DNA from: a phage
DNA length: 64,000 nt
Strand: one strand, 5' to 3'
Sequence record: PV467749.1
The notes under the pieces were generated by a model. It made no database searches. It was not told the DNA's origin and was given only the letters and a program-made list of their open reading frames with translations. Shown in pieces: positions 1 through 9,593 of the stretch. Position 1 is the stretch's first letter. Each line of letters opens with the position of its first letter. Both the position numbers and the translations under genes were made by a program.

Positions 1-36
1 AACAAGAACAGGAATCCTTTTACGGATTCCTATAAT

Positions 37-330
37 TTAGTCCTTTAATGTACCATTGTGTAAACGATTATACACATCATTGCGACGCAATTCAACAATA
101 TCTTCAGCGTACTTCATTGTAAACGCCCATGCTTTTGGATGCACATTAAGCTTCATACGAATGCGATTCTTCATCAATTCACCGCTTAGGCGAACAAACT
201 CATGAACACCACGACTTCCGTACTCTGAAATCAAATCATTGATGTACATGTTGCGAAGGGTTTCGTCTGTACATTCTTTAACCATTTCTACGTCTGCCAC
301 GATGCTTGCATTTACTGAAGTACTGATCAT
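37..330 (-). CDS. hypothetical protein
   Basis: 97-aa ORF in co-directional minus-strand array; no recognisable motif. Confidence 0.45.
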   Translation of the reverse strand: MISTSVNASIVADVEMVKECTDETLRNMYINDLISEYGSRGVHEFVRLSGELMKNRIRMKLNVHPKAWAFTMKYAEDIVELRRNDVYNRLHNGTLKD

Positions 331-341
331 TTTAAGTTACC

Positions 342-608
342 TTATTTGAATTGGACTGTAATTTTATCACCTTCAACTACGAACTTACAGTCGTAGCGAC
401 GGGCCATATCCATATACATATGCTCAGAATACCACGGAACATCAATAACTGGATGCTCTGCGTATTGTAGCACTTCACGGTCACCAACAGTAGTGATGAC
501 GAAAGGAATGTTCATCTCTCGCAAAAACAACTCAGCACCTGGTGAACGATTGACAAACTCAGTGTCGTTACGCAAAGTAAAACCATTGTATTGTAATTTA
601 AGCTTCAT
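342..608 (-). CDS. hypothetical protein
   Basis: 88-aa ORF, tightly spaced after upstream gene. Confidence 0.45.
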   Translation of the reverse strand: MKLKLQYNGFTLRNDTEFVNRSPGAELFLREMNIPFVITTVGDREVLQYAEHPVIDVPWYSEHMYMDMARRYDCKFVVEGDKITVQFK

Positions 609-622
609 GATTATCCTCTAAG

Positions 623-979
623 TTAATACCATTCTTTTAAACCATCAAGTTCGGCTATGTGAGTAATTATAACACAGATAACACTCAGGTCAAGCATTAT
701 TTGCTCATAATTTAATTTTATTCTATCATCATTGTATGCTCGAAAAACAACATCAAAGTCAAAGTAGTTATCGTTTTCATCATTCATTGGAATGATTCTA
801 TATCTACGTCTACCATCATCATTGAATACAGTCAAACACTGTTTGAATTTCTTCATTAACTGTGTAGTCAATGCATTGTAATATGCAACATCATATTGTG
901 TACAACGTGGGTCATTGGGTAGATAAAACGATACAAATTTTTTTAATTCTATTTGAGTCTTATCCATATACAGCCTCAT
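623..979 (-). CDS. hypothetical protein
   Basis: 118-aa ORF. Confidence 0.45.
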   Translation of the reverse strand: MRLYMDKTQIELKKFVSFYLPNDPRCTQYDVAYYNALTTQLMKKFKQCLTVFNDDGRRRYRIIPMNDENDNYFDFDVVFRAYNDDRIKLNYEQIMLDLSVICVIITHIAELDGLKEWY

Positions 980-1400
980 GTATTACTCTTTTACTTTGGC
1001 GGTACTCATCCTTTGCTTCTCTCACTGACATGATACGAACCAGATTGGCACTACCACAATAGTACTGAACCTGACTACGACCAATGTCAACATGATTATC
1101 AGGAACTTCATATACTGATACAGCAAACCCTGCACGATGTAATTTACCCAAGTCCATAGTAAAGAACTTAAACAAATCATTCAAACTCTGACAGCCAAAT
1201 GCCCAGCCACGTTTGATTGAATAGATTCCATCTTCAGTTGGTTCTGGTTGGAATTGCGAAGGCGTGGTCATGCACAAACGGTCAAATCCATTTTTAGTAC
1301 TGTATCGTGAAGAGTACCGTGCGAACGGACCTACTGTTTTTGCTGGATCTAAGTTAGGTTCAATATAACTGAATTTAAGTTCAAAACGATATACGTACAT
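960..1400 (-). CDS. hypothetical protein
   Basis: 146-aa ORF. Confidence 0.5.
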   Translation of the reverse strand: MYVYRFELKFSYIEPNLDPAKTVGPFARYSSRYSTKNGFDRLCMTTPSQFQPEPTEDGIYSIKRGWAFGCQSLNDLFKFFTMDLGKLHRAGFAVSVYEVPDNHVDIGRSQVQYYCGSANLVRIMSVREAKDEYRQSKRVIHEAVYG

Positions 1401-1433
1401 AATTAAAATCCCCAGTATTTGATGAAATAATTA

Positions 1434-1462
1434 TAACAAAAAAGGCTGACCGAAGTCAACCT
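1434..1462 (-). terminator. rho-independent terminator (hairpin GGTTGAC-TTCG-GTCAGCC + T-run on minus strand)
   Basis: Perfect 7-bp stem with UUCG-type tetraloop followed by T-run; identical hairpin recurs at 9568..9585. Confidence 0.6.
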
Positions 1463-1677
1463 TTATTTTGAAGTTCTTGAACTAATTGTCGTACTTCTTT
1501 GATGTTATGACACTGCTTTACAGTGAAGTAATCATACTTACGACCATAGGTTCTTGGGTCATCACCTTCCATATACTGCTGCACATCAAAGATTTGTAAG
1601 TAGGGATGCTGCATAACACGAATGTTATCACATTGGTAAATCAACATATGTTTAGTCCTCATATTTACACAAGCCAC
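1456..1677 (-). CDS. hypothetical protein
   Basis: 73-aa ORF; stop codon lies inside terminator stem. Confidence 0.4.
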   Translation of the reverse strand: MACVNMRTKHMLIYQCDNIRVMQHPYLQIFDVQQYMEGDDPRTYGRKYDYFTVKQCHNIKEVRQLVQELQNKG

Positions 1678-2002
1678 CGAATGTTGCCTGTTTTGCTGCC
1701 TTACGCATCATCACAAGTTTAACATACTGTTCACCATTACTTTCTTCATATACATCAACTTGAAGAAATGCAAGCATATTGGGATCAGTATCATTCGAGT
1801 ACTGCGTAAAACTAATGTCACCTACAGTATGTTCTTTAACAAAATTATACACTTCACCATCGATATAAACGATAGTATGGTCATCGCTATCACCTTGGTA
1901 AATGTGTTTAATATCACCTTCAGTACAGACTAGTCCAGGTAATGGTTCTGCATAAGACATACCACATATAATCATACAAACAAAAAACAAAATTACTTTC
2001 AT
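1652..2002 (-). CDS. secreted protein (signal peptide)
   Basis: Hydrophobic N-terminus MKVILFFVCMIICGMSYA then polar domain. Confidence 0.5.
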   Translation of the reverse strand: MKVILFFVCMIICGMSYAEPLPGLVCTEGDIKHIYQGDSDDHTIVYIDGEVYNFVKEHTVGDISFTQYSNDTDPNMLAFLQVDVYEESNGEQYVKLVMMRKAAKQATFGGLCKYED

Positions 2003-2382
2003 GATTTGTTTCCTTTGGATAAAATGGATTTCTTCACTTTGTACTGCTTGTAGTTATTATACCAAACATCGATTACATAAATCAAGTACCAAAGTGATGG
2101 ATATAATGATAGACCAATAAAAACTGAAAAAATACTTGTATTAATAAAACCAATACAGTGCAGTGTAAATGCAACGATTAGAATACCAATCGTAATCATA
2201 CTAGCTGAATATGGTACACTATCAGATGCGAACCATGAATCAACCTTACTAATTAAAGTATACTTCCCAGTACTAACAGCATAAACAATTGCTACTATAC
2301 CAAATAATGCCATTGAAATAGTTATTACTGAGTTAATAAGAATCGGAGTAATTAATACATAAAGCATTACATCGTTTATCAT
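1999..2382 (-). CDS. integral membrane protein
   Basis: 127 aa, multiple hydrophobic segments. Confidence 0.5.
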   Translation of the reverse strand: MINDVMLYVLITPILINSVITISMALFGIVAIVYAVSTGKYTLISKVDSWFASDSVPYSASMITIGILIVAFTLHCIGFINTSIFSVFIGLSLYPSLWYLIYVIDVWYNNYKQYKVKKSILSKGNKS

Positions 2383-2392
2383 TTGTTATACC

Positions 2393-2788
2393 TTAAAGTT
2401 CACAATGAATATTCAATTTATCAATATCCTGATCTCGTTTGTTCGACGAATCTTGATAAATGACTATGTAAATATCCCCATCCTTTGTCTTGGGGTCCAC
2501 TATCAATATTACATTTGCTATTATACCAGCATCTGATTTATATGTCGATACCTTTTTATTCCCAATCAAACTCTCGGCCCTGAAACGGTAAACCTCATTA
2601 TCTACGACAATATTGTTTCCATTTTGTGGGTCATTAGAAAGTACATGCCATGTTCCATCGTTTCCCATACAATCAAGGTAAGCAGGTACGGCTGTACTGA
2701 ACCTTGAATAAAGCATGAATACTACAAACACCATTATCATTCTTATATATTTTTTCATTATAACCTCTAACGAGCAATACTTCTGCAC
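2393..2788 (-). CDS. secreted or membrane-anchored protein
   Basis: N-terminal hydrophobic segment MIMVFVVFMLY. Confidence 0.5.
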   Translation of the reverse strand: MQKYCSLEVIMKKYIRMIMVFVVFMLYSRFSTAVPAYLDCMGNDGTWHVLSNDPQNGNNIVVDNEVYRFRAESLIGNKKVSTYKSDAGIIANVILIVDPKTKDGDIYIVIYQDSSNKRDQDIDKLNIHCEL

Positions 2789-2836
2789 ATATTATTTGTA
2801 CAGAAGTATTTAATACTATTAGAGACTTTTTGAACG

Positions 2837-3163
2837 TTACTTCTTACTAGTTAGTTTATCTTTCAAGATATCAAACCAAATGGAAACTTTACCAGCAAAC
2901 AATGCATTAGTAAACCACACAATACCAACAATATTCTCAACTAAATTCATAATTGAAACAAATGGTCCAATTGGTAATACAAAACTTACTAACCATGACA
3001 GTACTGAAATAAGTACTACAACGAAGAAGATTCGTGCAATGGGTGAGTCTAACATAAACAACTCACGAAACTCATCACGCTCGGTTTCGTCTTTAATGAA
3101 GAATTCGAAAACCATAACCCATAAAAGAATTAGAGCAGGAATTGAAATTAGAACTGATAACAT
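2837..3163 (-). CDS. membrane protein
   Basis: 108 aa with several hydrophobic helices. Confidence 0.45.
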   Translation of the reverse strand: MLSVLISIPALILLWVMVFEFFIKDETERDEFRELFMLDSPIARIFFVVVLISVLSWLVSFVLPIGPFVSIMNLVENIVGIVWFTNALFAGKVSIWFDILKDKLTSKK

Positions 3164-3221
3164 GTTTTATATCCTCAAGTTTAAGTATTAAGTTTCAGAC
3201 TACAAGAACCATTATACAGTA

Positions 3222-3464
3222 CTACAAACGTTTGTCAACAGGTTTTTCTTCAATAAGCATAAGATAACTGAAGACGAATAGTAATACAGATGCCATATCA
3301 ATAACCGTAAAGCTCACGGGAATGATAATAGACACTAGAACGAGTGCCACGTTTAGCAAGAATACAGTAGTGATATCCACCAGCTTTCGTTTAGTGGCTA
3401 CTGCTACTAGTGTAGGGTAGAACATAAACAATAATGCAACTACAAAACTCAATACTAGATACAT
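3222..3464 (-). CDS. small membrane protein
   Basis: 80 aa, two hydrophobic helices. Confidence 0.45.
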   Translation of the reverse strand: MYLVLSFVVALLFMFYPTLVAVATKRKLVDITTVFLLNVALVLVSIIIPVSFTVIDMASVLLFVFSYLMLIEEKPVDKRL

Positions 3465-4117
3465 TTCTTTTTCACCTTAAGAAAATTATAACATAAAACA
3501 ACCTCAACATCTGGCTCATCATACAAGTACTCAAAGCGTTCTTTACTACGCTTAGTACCGATGTACTCACCATTCTTATGCCAACGCCACCCACCACTCT
3601 CTGGTTGGTCAGACTTCAGTACTGGATGATAGCACATGACAATTTCTTCTGGACCTTCAATAAGGTTCTTGTACTTCGTCAAAATCTGTTCAAGCGTATC
3701 TGCTACACCATAAGACGGGTGCATAAGATAAGACTCAGGGCGTGGACGACCACTTGGTAGAATGTCATCAGTACTATTAAAGATAGCACGGAAGTCTTCT
3801 GACGTGTATAAACTTCCATCTTCATGGATCATTGGATACTCATCTACTACATCATAATCAGTGAAGTGTTCAATCGCATGTCCTGGTCTGTAACCTGCGA
3901 GGATACCTGTATGTTTCGTCTGTACAATAGTCATAACAGATGTACTATTGTTTACATTAGGATCATGAATTTCAGCCCAAAAAGGATGATGAGGATCAAA
4001 TTTAGCATTAACTAAAGTACAATCACCAATGTAGTCGAAATTAGTTTCTTTAAAGTTCAAAGAAACACCACGCAATGCCCAATCAGGAGAAGTGATGAAA
4101 TTAAGATTAACTAACAT
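3455..4117 (-). CDS. hypothetical protein
   Basis: 220-aa ORF. Confidence 0.55.
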   Translation of the reverse strand: MLVNLNFITSPDWALRGVSLNFKETNFDYIGDCTLVNAKFDPHHPFWAEIHDPNVNNSTSVMTIVQTKHTGILAGYRPGHAIEHFTDYDVVDEYPMIHEDGSLYTSEDFRAIFNSTDDILPSGRPRPESYLMHPSYGVADTLEQILTKYKNLIEGPEEIVMCYHPVLKSDQPESGGWRWHKNGEYIGTKRSKERFEYLYDEPDVEVVLCYNFLKVKKKCI

Positions 4118-4150
4118 AGTATCCTCAGTTGCAGTTGTTTTTTGATGTAG

Positions 4151-4474
4151 TTATTGTATCAAAGACGTGTCAATTTGTACAACATTTATTGTAACTATTT
4201 CGTACATATATTCAATTGCATTGAACTCTGCATACCACTCTACAATCTCACAAGCAGCATCAACTTGGGTTTTCGCATTAACACGTCTGGCATAGGTACT
4301 GCTCATTTTGAATCTACCATATTCATAGACATTGTAGACACCATGACACCACCACATCTTAGTCATTAATGCTAGGCCATACAGTGAATTGTAAGTCTTG
4401 GTATTCAAATTTACCAATATCATTCTTCTTACGGAATGATTCTTCAACCTGAATTTCTGCGTCGTACTGACCAT
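4151..4474 (-). CDS. hypothetical protein
   Basis: 107-aa ORF; overlaps upstream ORF 4359..4577, so true start may be internal Met near 4366. Confidence 0.4.
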   Translation of the reverse strand: MVSTTQKFRLKNHSVRRMILVNLNTKTYNSLYGLALMTKMWWCHGVYNVYEYGRFKMSSTYARRVNAKTQVDAACEIVEWYAEFNAIEYMYEIVTINVVQIDTSLIQ

Positions 4475-4577
4475 CGGCCTTTACTACGTACTTAAAATAT
4501 TCTACATGTGAAAAACGATACCCTTCTCCGTCTTGCTTGGATACTTGTACTGACCCTTCAACTAGATATAAATTCAT
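4359..4577 (-). CDS. hypothetical protein
   Basis: 72-aa ORF. Confidence 0.35.
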   Translation of the reverse strand: MNLYLVEGSVQVSKQDGEGYRFSHVEYFKYVVKADGQYDAEIQVEESFRKKNDIGKFEYQDLQFTVWPSIND

Positions 4578-4580
4578 TTG

Positions 4581-4802
4581 TCATTCTCCATCATATTCAG
4601 TGAGTATTACACTATGTACGGTTTCAATATAGCGTTGTGTTTTTGATGTGTTGTACTTAGTTACTTCATCAAACAATTTAAATAGTGCATGTGTTGGACT
4701 TAATGCACGAACAAATACATCAATCTTCTGTACTTCTTTCTTATAACCACGTACATTATTAAACTCAGATACATGCTCATACACAATGTAGTAACGATTC
4801 AT
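4581..4802 (-). CDS. hypothetical protein
   Basis: 73-aa ORF. Confidence 0.4.
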   Translation of the reverse strand: MNRYYIVYEHVSEFNNVRGYKKEVQKIDVFVRALSPTHALFKLFDEVTKYNTSKTQRYIETVHSVILTEYDGE

Positions 4803-5314
4803 ATATTAAGTAGTTCCATAAATTCATCGATCAAGGAAGTTCTAATGCACATAACAAATTCAAAATCAACATCGATAGTATCGAGTAGTTTGAACAACTT
4901 TGGTACATTTGGATCATTCAACTGGAAGTTATGAATCAAGCTCTGTTGAAACACACTTTCTTCAGTACTGTAATCAATAACAAAATATTCAGCTACACCT
5001 GGAGGTGAATAAACATCATATAATATCTGACGTTTATTGTGTGTTTCTGAACCAGGACAATATATAAGTTCTATTTCATATGAACCTGCCGAGGATCTAT
5101 CATAAAACACAATTTCAGTACTGATTATTTCACTACCATCACTTCGTTCATGAAAACATACATCGGCATATCGTTTGCCATTTGGCTTCAAAATCTCATG
5201 AGTTGTTTTACCATAACATTTATCAGTTTCAATGTGAATTTTGTCTTGATATTCAGAACGTCTTACATCATTTCCACGATTAAACAATAAGATCAACAAC
5301 TCATTAATATCCAT
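4799..5314 (-). CDS. FQxS-motif paralog family protein
   Basis: 171 aa; C-terminal STEESVFQQSLIHN matches family motif [DE][DE]x2FQxSx[VI]. Confidence 0.55.
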   Translation of the reverse strand: MDINELLILLFNRGNDVRRSEYQDKIHIETDKCYGKTTHEILKPNGKRYADVCFHERSDGSEIISTEIVFYDRSSAGSYEIELIYCPGSETHNKRQILYDVYSPPGVAEYFVIDYSTEESVFQQSLIHNFQLNDPNVPKLFKLLDTIDVDFEFVMCIRTSLIDEFMELLNI

Positions 5315-5571
5315 TATTTCGCCTCGATAACCTTAAGGTTAACAAAATCACCTTTTACTTTCATGCATTTGAATTCAGTGCGAGTTTCATCCCCACTATC
5401 GCGAGGCCAATGAGTAGCAGAGTAGCACTGGTCTGGTGTTTTATATACACCTTCACCAATAGTACGAGTGATTTCACCATTGGTGAGAACTACTGCGAGA
5501 TATAAAGTAAACATGATATTCGCCTTAGAATAATTTATTAATAATAATAGCACCCAACGCAAGAACTGCAA
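5314..5571 (-). CDS. small secreted protein
   Basis: 85 aa, hydrophobic N-terminus. Confidence 0.45.
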   Translation of the reverse strand: MQFLRWVLLLLINYSKANIMFTLYLAVVLTNGEITRTIGEGVYKTPDQCYSATHWPRDSGDETRTEFKCMKVKGDFVNLKVIEAK

Positions 5572-5667
5572 TAATTACAGATACCCACATTACTGCATTC
5601 ACTGTACCAGTTAGTTCTTTATCAAACTCCCTGCACTTCTTACGGTACTCTTCCCACTCTTTGTTAT

Positions 5668-5883
5668 TCACACTGCCGCTCCTAATAGGTCGGTAGCTTT
5701 CTTCAGTACTACGTCAATTGTTTCCAGTACTGCACCTTTGTGTTCAATTGATACAATATTATTATAAGTATCAAGGTCCAAGTACTCCATGTATTCAGTT
5801 TTGAATACACGAACATCAGTACTAGTGATTTTAATATCACAACCTTTATCCCAAATAACCTGCATCATTTCATTGGTAGTCAT
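5668..5883 (-). CDS. hypothetical protein
   Basis: 71-aa ORF. Confidence 0.4.
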   Translation of the reverse strand: MTTNEMMQVIWDKGCDIKITSTDVRVFKTEYMEYLDLDTYNNIVSIEHKGAVLETIDVVLKKATDLLGAAV

Positions 5884-6158
5884 TATTCAACCTTATCATA
5901 AACAAGTTTGTGTGTGCTTAGTACTTTGTTGAGATGTCCAGGGCATTCATATACATACAATCTCTCCTGACGTTTTTCCCAACCACCACAGATACGACCT
6001 GATTGTGTACATACCTCATACTCGTTAATAAAAGACTTACCTGTGAATGTACAATCCTGACGAACTAAGTCTTTTGCACTAAACCTGCCGTCATCATTAC
6101 ATGCTGTAAGAAACATTGTACAGAATACAAAGACAACTGTCAATAGTTTTTTAATCAT
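5883..6158 (-). CDS. putative lipoprotein
   Basis: Signal peptide ending in lipobox-like LTAC. Confidence 0.5.
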   Translation of the reverse strand: MIKKLLTVVFVFCTMFLTACNDDGRFSAKDLVRQDCTFTGKSFINEYEVCTQSGRICGGWEKRQERLYVYECPGHLNKVLSTHKLVYDKVE

Positions 6159-6523
6159 TGAACATCACCCCAACGGAAACCTTTCATATAATTCAAATTC
6201 ACCTCAACGAGTTCATGTGTTTTTGTGCACCAAATGGAGAGAGTTTTTGTAACATCACCAGGTTCAGATTCATAATTCACACAATAACCTTCAATGCGTA
6301 GAGTTTTGTTAGTCCAATGTTCCCACTCAATCCAAATTTCATTTGGATAATAAACCATATCTTCTTTGAACGTATGGAATTGATCCATTGGTAAATGACC
6401 TTTAACTTCAATTACTTCAGCACTTCGAGCCAGTTTTTCAAGCTTGTACTTTATTTCAGCAAGATATTCTTCATCATTCAGACGAGTTAATAAATCTGTT
6501 GCACGGGTTGTATCAAGGCTCAT
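6155..6523 (-). CDS. hypothetical protein
   Basis: 122-aa ORF. Confidence 0.5.
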   Translation of the reverse strand: MSLDTTRATDLLTRLNDEEYLAEIKYKLEKLARSAEVIEVKGHLPMDQFHTFKEDMVYYPNEIWIEWEHWTNKTLRIEGYCVNYESEPGDVTKTLSIWCTKTHELVEVNLNYMKGFRWGDVQ

Positions 6524-6771
6524 TGTTGTACTCCATTAATCACTGAAGTATTGATTCGTGTTTTACCGCTGCTGTATCCAGTACTGGTATTTGCATTAGG
6601 GCAATAAACTGTATACAAGGTTACACCAGCACCGTCCTTTTGCATACGATAAATCTTACATCCTGCTTCTTGTAATTCAATAGGGAGAATAAAATCACTT
6701 GTGCGTTCTTTTGTTGAAGCGTCACATGCAGTGAGTAAAAATGCAACGAGTACTGCTACGATATATTTCAT
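6520..6771 (-). CDS. putative lipoprotein
   Basis: MKYIVAVLVAFLLTAC signal peptide with lipobox. Confidence 0.5.
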   Translation of the reverse strand: MKYIVAVLVAFLLTACDASTKERTSDFILPIELQEAGCKIYRMQKDGAGVTLYTVYCPNANTSTGYSSGKTRINTSVINGVQQ

Positions 6772-7079
6772 TAACGAACCTCCACTTCTTGAGAAAGAGC
6801 ATGAGTCAGTGCATTTGAATTCGAACTATTCATTTCACGCTGACATACAAACATAATGGCATCTTGTACTGAACCTGCGATTTCATACTCACGACCTTCT
6901 GGATCAGTTACCAGATGTTCAACGATACAACCACCACGCAGTACAGAAGCACCAGTACTTACACTAATCCTGTAACCTAAAAAATCAAACTGCATACATG
7001 CGTCAGTAGGTTTCATCCAATAACCGCTGTTTTGATTCAAATCGATGATTACAAAACCTTGAGTGTTAGTTTGAAACAT
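6771..7079 (-). CDS. hypothetical protein
   Basis: 102-aa ORF. Confidence 0.5.
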   Translation of the reverse strand: MFQTNTQGFVIIDLNQNSGYWMKPTDACMQFDFLGYRISVSTGASVLRGGCIVEHLVTDPEGREYEIAGSVQDAIMFVCQREMNSSNSNALTHALSQEVEVR

Positions 7080-7172
7080 AGTTAATTCCTCATTTAATTT
7101 AAAAGGGTGGAAACGCAGTGACGAGTACGATTATGCTGTCTTTCCTTTCACTGCATTCCCTTTGATATAAAC

Positions 7173-7200
7173 ATTATACAGTACTGATATCTTATGTCAA
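7173..7200 (-). promoter_or_regulatory. sigma-70-like promoter (TTGACA-16-TATAAT)
   Basis: Minus strand reads TTGACA TAAGATATCAGTACTG TATAAT; spacer ends with palindrome CAGTACTG. Confidence 0.6.
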
Positions 7201-7296
7201 GTATTAATCACCAAAAATCATCAGATACCCAAACCAACCCACACAGACGACTAAGCTAACAATACCAAAGACAATCTCTAAAGTCATGTTGCATCC

Positions 7297-7497
7297 TTAA
7301 TCAATGATTTTATATTCACGATGACCATAGAATCCAGCCTCAAGGATGCGATTACCATCAGCATCTTCCAAATCCCACCCACGGGATGTTTCGGCAATAA
7401 TAGTCATGATGTGACCTCTTGGGAAAATTCCACTCATGGTGGATACATCTTCAAGTAATTGAACCTTCTTACCAACATTTGTATTTGATTTAAACAT
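7297..7497 (-). CDS. hypothetical protein
   Basis: 66-aa ORF. Confidence 0.4.
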   Translation of the reverse strand: MFKSNTNVGKKVQLLEDVSTMSGIFPRGHIMTIIAETSRGWDLEDADGNRILEAGFYGHREYKIID

Positions 7498-7506
7498 ACT
7501 TTACCC

Positions 7507-7689
7507 TTATTCGTTGATTACGTCAAGTACTTTGTCCAGTTTCTTACCAATACTATCCTTTGGTTTCTCACCATTCTGGAATACATTAGTACTGCAATAC
7601 TCAGGACGGGTATTAGGGAACTTCTCGTTCATCCAGGAGTGACCATATACACCAAGAATGATACCTACGATAAGAATGATGATTTGCAT
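7507..7689 (-). CDS. small membrane protein
   Basis: 60 aa with N-terminal hydrophobic helix. Confidence 0.4.
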   Translation of the reverse strand: MQIIILIVGIILGVYGHSWMNEKFPNTRPEYCSTNVFQNGEKPKDSIGKKLDKVLDVINE

Positions 7690-7703
7690 GATATATCCTC
7701 TAA

Positions 7704-8588
7704 TTAAATTACATATGGTTTATAGTAATGAATCTCGTTTGATATTGCAGCGAAGACTTTGTTATTAAATCTTTCACCATAATCACGAAGAGATTCACCT
7801 TCTTCGCTTTCAATAAAGTAATTATATACTGGTAGACGTGCGGTGTCAACACCTATAAATGATTTCATGTAAATTTGTACTAAACGATTCATTCCTTCAT
7901 TTAAGCATTGCACCTCAAAGTGCTTGATACCTTTGTCTAAATGTTTGAATGCATTAATGATACCACGTTTAAAATCACGCTGCATAGTACTGAATAGATT
8001 CTCAGGGAACACTGTAATAGGTGACATTGATTTAAGAATGTATGTATCTTTAGCATTCTTAATATACTCAATGAAGCAGTAGTTAACGTCAGGCTCGATA
8101 GAACGATCAGCGTTATGATACCAGTACTTAAACTCACTGTACTCAGCAAACTTATGCTGGCGTAATGCGTTACAATCCTCACACAGTGCAGTCATGTTCT
8201 CTTTATCATTGCCACCCTGGAGACAGTCCAGTACATTATGGTCTAACGTCATGCGTACAAGGCGTTTACCTTTAAGTACATAAGGTCTGAATTTATAACG
8301 GTCTTTAGTACTGTGCTTATGTAAAGTGAATACCACATTGGATTCACCACAACAATCACATTTAAAGCCATCGCGTGACATTACATGAATGAGTTTTCGA
8401 GTATTTGGGCCGAACTCAGATTTAGTAATGTTGCCAACAATTTCTGATGGGTCGTAGTATTTTGAATTCCGGCGAATCAATTCATCTATAGTGCTCATTT
8501 TATATTTCTCCAGCAAGACACTCAAAAGTGACTTTTTTAACTTCGATAACTCGTACCAAATAGTATCCATGAAAGAAATTAAAACCAA
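7704..8588 (-). CDS. HNH endonuclease (probable homing endonuclease)
   Basis: Cys cluster CDCCGESN and LDHNVLDCLQGGNDKENMTALCEDCN, HNH-type motif; true start may be internal Met. Confidence 0.6.
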   Translation of the reverse strand: MVLISFMDTIWYELSKLKKSLLSVLLEKYKMSTIDELIRRNSKYYDPSEIVGNITKSEFGPNTRKLIHVMSRDGFKCDCCGESNVVFTLHKHSTKDRYKFRPYVLKGKRLVRMTLDHNVLDCLQGGNDKENMTALCEDCNALRQHKFAEYSEFKYWYHNADRSIEPDVNYCFIEYIKNAKDTYILKSMSPITVFPENLFSTMQRDFKRGIINAFKHLDKGIKHFEVQCLNEGMNRLVQIYMKSFIGVDTARLPVYNYFIESEEGESLRDYGERFNNKVFAAISNEIHYYKPYVI

Positions 8589-8727
8589 TCATTTGTGATA
8601 ATGCATCTGCTTCAGATTTTGCACGGATACATGATAGATATAGTTCTCGTATATCGCCATCCAACGATGCTTGTTTCTCGTCATTGATAACAATAGAACG
8701 AATCTCAAAACGAACACCATAACTCAT
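8500..8727 (-). CDS. hypothetical protein
   Basis: 75-aa ORF overlapping HNH gene 5' end. Confidence 0.3.
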   Translation of the reverse strand: MSYGVRFEIRSIVINDEKQASLDGDIRELYLSCIRAKSEADALSQMIGFNFFHGYYLVRVIEVKKVTFECLAGEI

Positions 8728-8933
8728 TCTGTTTGTCCAACAATTAGTTTCTCTTTAGTATTACTATTATAACACCACATTAATTCTTCACCAACTGTTC
8801 TAAGTGAAACGCTGTTTACTTGTTCATATGTACTGTCACGTACTGCAATACATTGATTCATTGAATTCATTGGGGTGATTTGTACACCAGATTGTGGTGA
8901 AAGAGCAATAATTAAAAAGATTACTGAATTCAT
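8724..8933 (-). CDS. small secreted protein
   Basis: 69 aa with hydrophobic N-terminus. Confidence 0.4.
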   Translation of the reverse strand: MNSVIFLIIALSPQSGVQITPMNSMNQCIAVRDSTYEQVNSVSLRTVGEELMWCYNSNTKEKLIVGQTE

Positions 8934-8997
8934 TAGATATTCCTCGATGGTTAATCATCCATCTCTTCGAGATGTCTGTTCGCTTCTAATACTACGT

Positions 8998-9026
8998 ATT
9001 CTACGCGAATGAATCATAACTGTCAA
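8998..9026 (-). promoter_or_regulatory. sigma-70-like promoter (TTGACA-17-TAGAAT)
   Basis: Minus strand TTGACA GTTATGATTCATTCGCG TAGAAT about 60 nt upstream of gene starting at 8933. Confidence 0.55.
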
Positions 9027-9559
9027 GGACTTTTAATATTGACGGGATTTGAGGAAGGGATTTTTCTTCCCCCCGCACGGAGGGAAATTTGACGCTGATG
9101 GTATCAGAGCTATTGCATTGAAGATTACTCATAACGAGTGCGAAAGCGGGTCATCCTGTTTCTCTCTACTTCAGTTTCATATGACGGTCTACACTTTTAA
9201 ACATAGTGTATCTTCATTAAGTATCTATGCAATCAAATACTTAATGTGAGTACTCAAATTTTGGACGCAACTTTCCTGTACAAAATTCGATAACTCTCCC
9301 TTAGATAATTCGTAAGGTGTTATCCTTATATGTCTATCGAGGAACCACCAGCTATCCTAACGTGGTTCTTTATACAGCCGCATTGCCGTGAGGGGTTCAA
9401 ACTATGCCCACATCTAACGGGTTTCTTTTGCTGTTCGCTACAATGAAAAGCTCATCTATCCTTTACATTTTCAAGTGAAGTAGGGGAAGATTGTCAGTAC
9501 CAGTACTGTCATTGTGATTGTACATAGATCATTGTATCACCATTAATAAATTTGTCCCA

Positions 9560-9586
9560 TAAAAAAAGGCTGACCGAAGTCAACCC
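9560..9586 (-). terminator. rho-independent terminator
   Basis: Same GGTTGAC-TTCG-GTCAGCC hairpin plus T7 run immediately after sigma-factor stop. Confidence 0.65.
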
Positions 9587-9593
9587 TTTAATC

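Noticed and set aside
2880-3191. Plus-strand ORFs throughout the window (for example 2880..3191, 13915..14391, 47528..47875, 50135..50536)
   Set aside because: All lie antisense within stronger minus-strand genes, lack RBS and have low-complexity translations; treated as shadow ORFs.
9049-9249. Plus-strand ORF of 66 aa in the gene-free region
   Set aside because: Low-complexity translation (FFFPPHGG...), no RBS, opposite orientation to all neighbours; probably a chance ORF in noncoding sequence.
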